NCBI GenBank assembly: GCA_038087875.1
Contig: CM075991.1
Location: forward strand, 9,984,001-10,048,000
Reading direction: 5' to 3'
DNA: 64,000 nucleotides
DNA from: Malacoraja senta
Taxonomy: Eukaryota
Below, one piece after another: positions 62,561-64,000 of the stretch. The stretch's first letter is position 1, and each line of letters begins with the position of its first letter. Made by a program: the position numbers and the translations under genes. The notes beneath the pieces were generated by a model. It worked only from the letters and a program-made list of their open reading frames with translations. It was not told the origin of the DNA and did no database searches.

Positions 62561-63782
62561 ATGCTCGTGTTGTATGGCTGCTGCTTTTAACCAGCAAAGC
62601 AAATCTCACACCCAGAACCTTTCCATAATCAAAAGTGTACATTATTTCAGTCATCTTTCCACCTATTCCCGTTTGTTGTCTTAATTTTCTTCCCCCATCT
62701 CTTGTAAAATCCCTAGGAACGATTTCAATGCACAAGAAAGTTGCCATGGCACACACACAAAGGCCGTTTGGATAGCATATGGGTATTGAAGAAAAGATAC
62801 AGATAGAATAAGAGTCAGCTACTGATTTAATGCATCAATTAACAAAAAGAGGGTCAGACATAATAAATATCCTGCTTTGAGAGAGTTAATGAACTCGATT
62901 AAGTAACCACATTTACCTCAACTGCAAATGAGGTGACATATGTCGCAGTCCCATTGCACTGTGCGAATGCAAGCATCTGTCACCTTTATTAATTACTAGT
63001 GTACCTTAGTACATGTGCTCCTTAAGAAGAGAATACTGCCCTACAACTGGGGAACACTGGATCTTCACCTCCCCCCCTTGCTGAGAGATTTAACCCATTC
63101 CTAATTATTTTTTCTCTCCACCCCAACCTCTCCCTTTTCTTCTTGCCTGGCACCTTCCATTCAAACACAAACGCCTTCCAGCTGAAATCACTGGACAGTG
63201 ATTGAGAGTAGGAATTTCTCATCCTTTGCCCAGAGGTGTTGGGGCCAATTGCAGTACCGCTGCTGCGGTCGCAACTAAATTCAGCACAAACCACCTTGCA
63301 CTCTCTGGCTGAGTGCTGCATTTAATCATTTAGATCACCAGAGAGGCTGTACAACAAACCGATAGTGTGTAGAAGTCAGTGGAAAGTTAACAAACCCACT
63401 ACACTACCCAAACTATAAGCATTATTTTTTCCTTTTACTTGTAGAACAAAGCAAATTTTACTATTTTCAGTTTAGTTTATTGCCATGTGTACATGTGAAA
63501 AGTGAAAAGCTTTTTTGCCGCTTGCTAACCAGTCAACAGAAAGACAATACATGATTACAATCGATCCATTTACAGTGTATGGATACATGATAAAGGAATA
63601 ACGTTTAGTGCACGTTAAAGCCAGCTAAGTCGGATCAAGGGTAGTCCGAGGGTCACCAAAGAGGTAATGCTCAATGATAGAAAACCTTGGATGACTAGTC
63701 TAATATGCAAACGATACCAAAGTCTAAAAAAAGGAAATGTTTAAAAAAAAAGTCACACCCAAGTGATACAAGATTATGCCAC

Positions 63783-63983
63783 GTGTAGGAAGGAACTGCA
63801 GATGCTGGTTTAAACCGAAGATGGACACAAAATGCCGGAGTAACTCAGCGGGACAGGCAGCATCTCTGGAGAGAGGGAATGGGTGACGTTTCGGGTCGAG
63901 ACCTTCAGACTCGTCGAGGTAAAGGGAAACCTTTCCCTTCTCCCTTACTAATCTGAAGAAGGGCCTCGACCTGAAACGTCACC
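63783..63983. mobile_element. Penelope pseudo-LTR inverted pair
   Basis: Direct repeat caagattatgc at 63769-63779 and 63984-63994. Confidence 0.8.
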
Positions 63984-64000
63984 CAAGATTATGCTATTAT

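Overview
Repeat-dense, apparently non-coding (intergenic or deep intronic) vertebrate DNA. The repeat content (HE1-type tRNA/V-SINEs with CR1-type tails, CR1 LINEs, Rex1/Babar and L2 pieces, Penelope elements) points to an elasmobranch, probably a skate or ray; this is inference. I recognise no host protein-coding gene. The long ORFs are simple-repeat artefacts or retrotransposon fragments, and there is a 200-N gap at 34796-34995. The main signal is three independent classes of small retroelements that appear to carry self-cleaving ribozymes. (1) A 115-140 bp SINE-like element begins with a 54-nt, P4-less HDV/CPEB3-like ribozyme (10149-10202 +; second copy 43423-43476 -), and its insertion boundary falls at the predicted cleavage site. 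(2) A ~410 bp bipartite RTE-derived element also begins with an HDV-like fold (1637-2043 +; 28549-28958 -). (3) About 30 Penelope pseudo-LTR remnants carry minimal hammerhead motifs; many are inverted pairs with 11-19 bp target-site duplications (TSDs). Also present: hAT, PIF/Harbinger, Tc1 IR/DR and nested Helitron non-autonomous elements, and a cluster of very large simple repeats (16-20.3 kb) around a CpG-rich islet. All structures were folded by eye and family names come from memory, not database searches.
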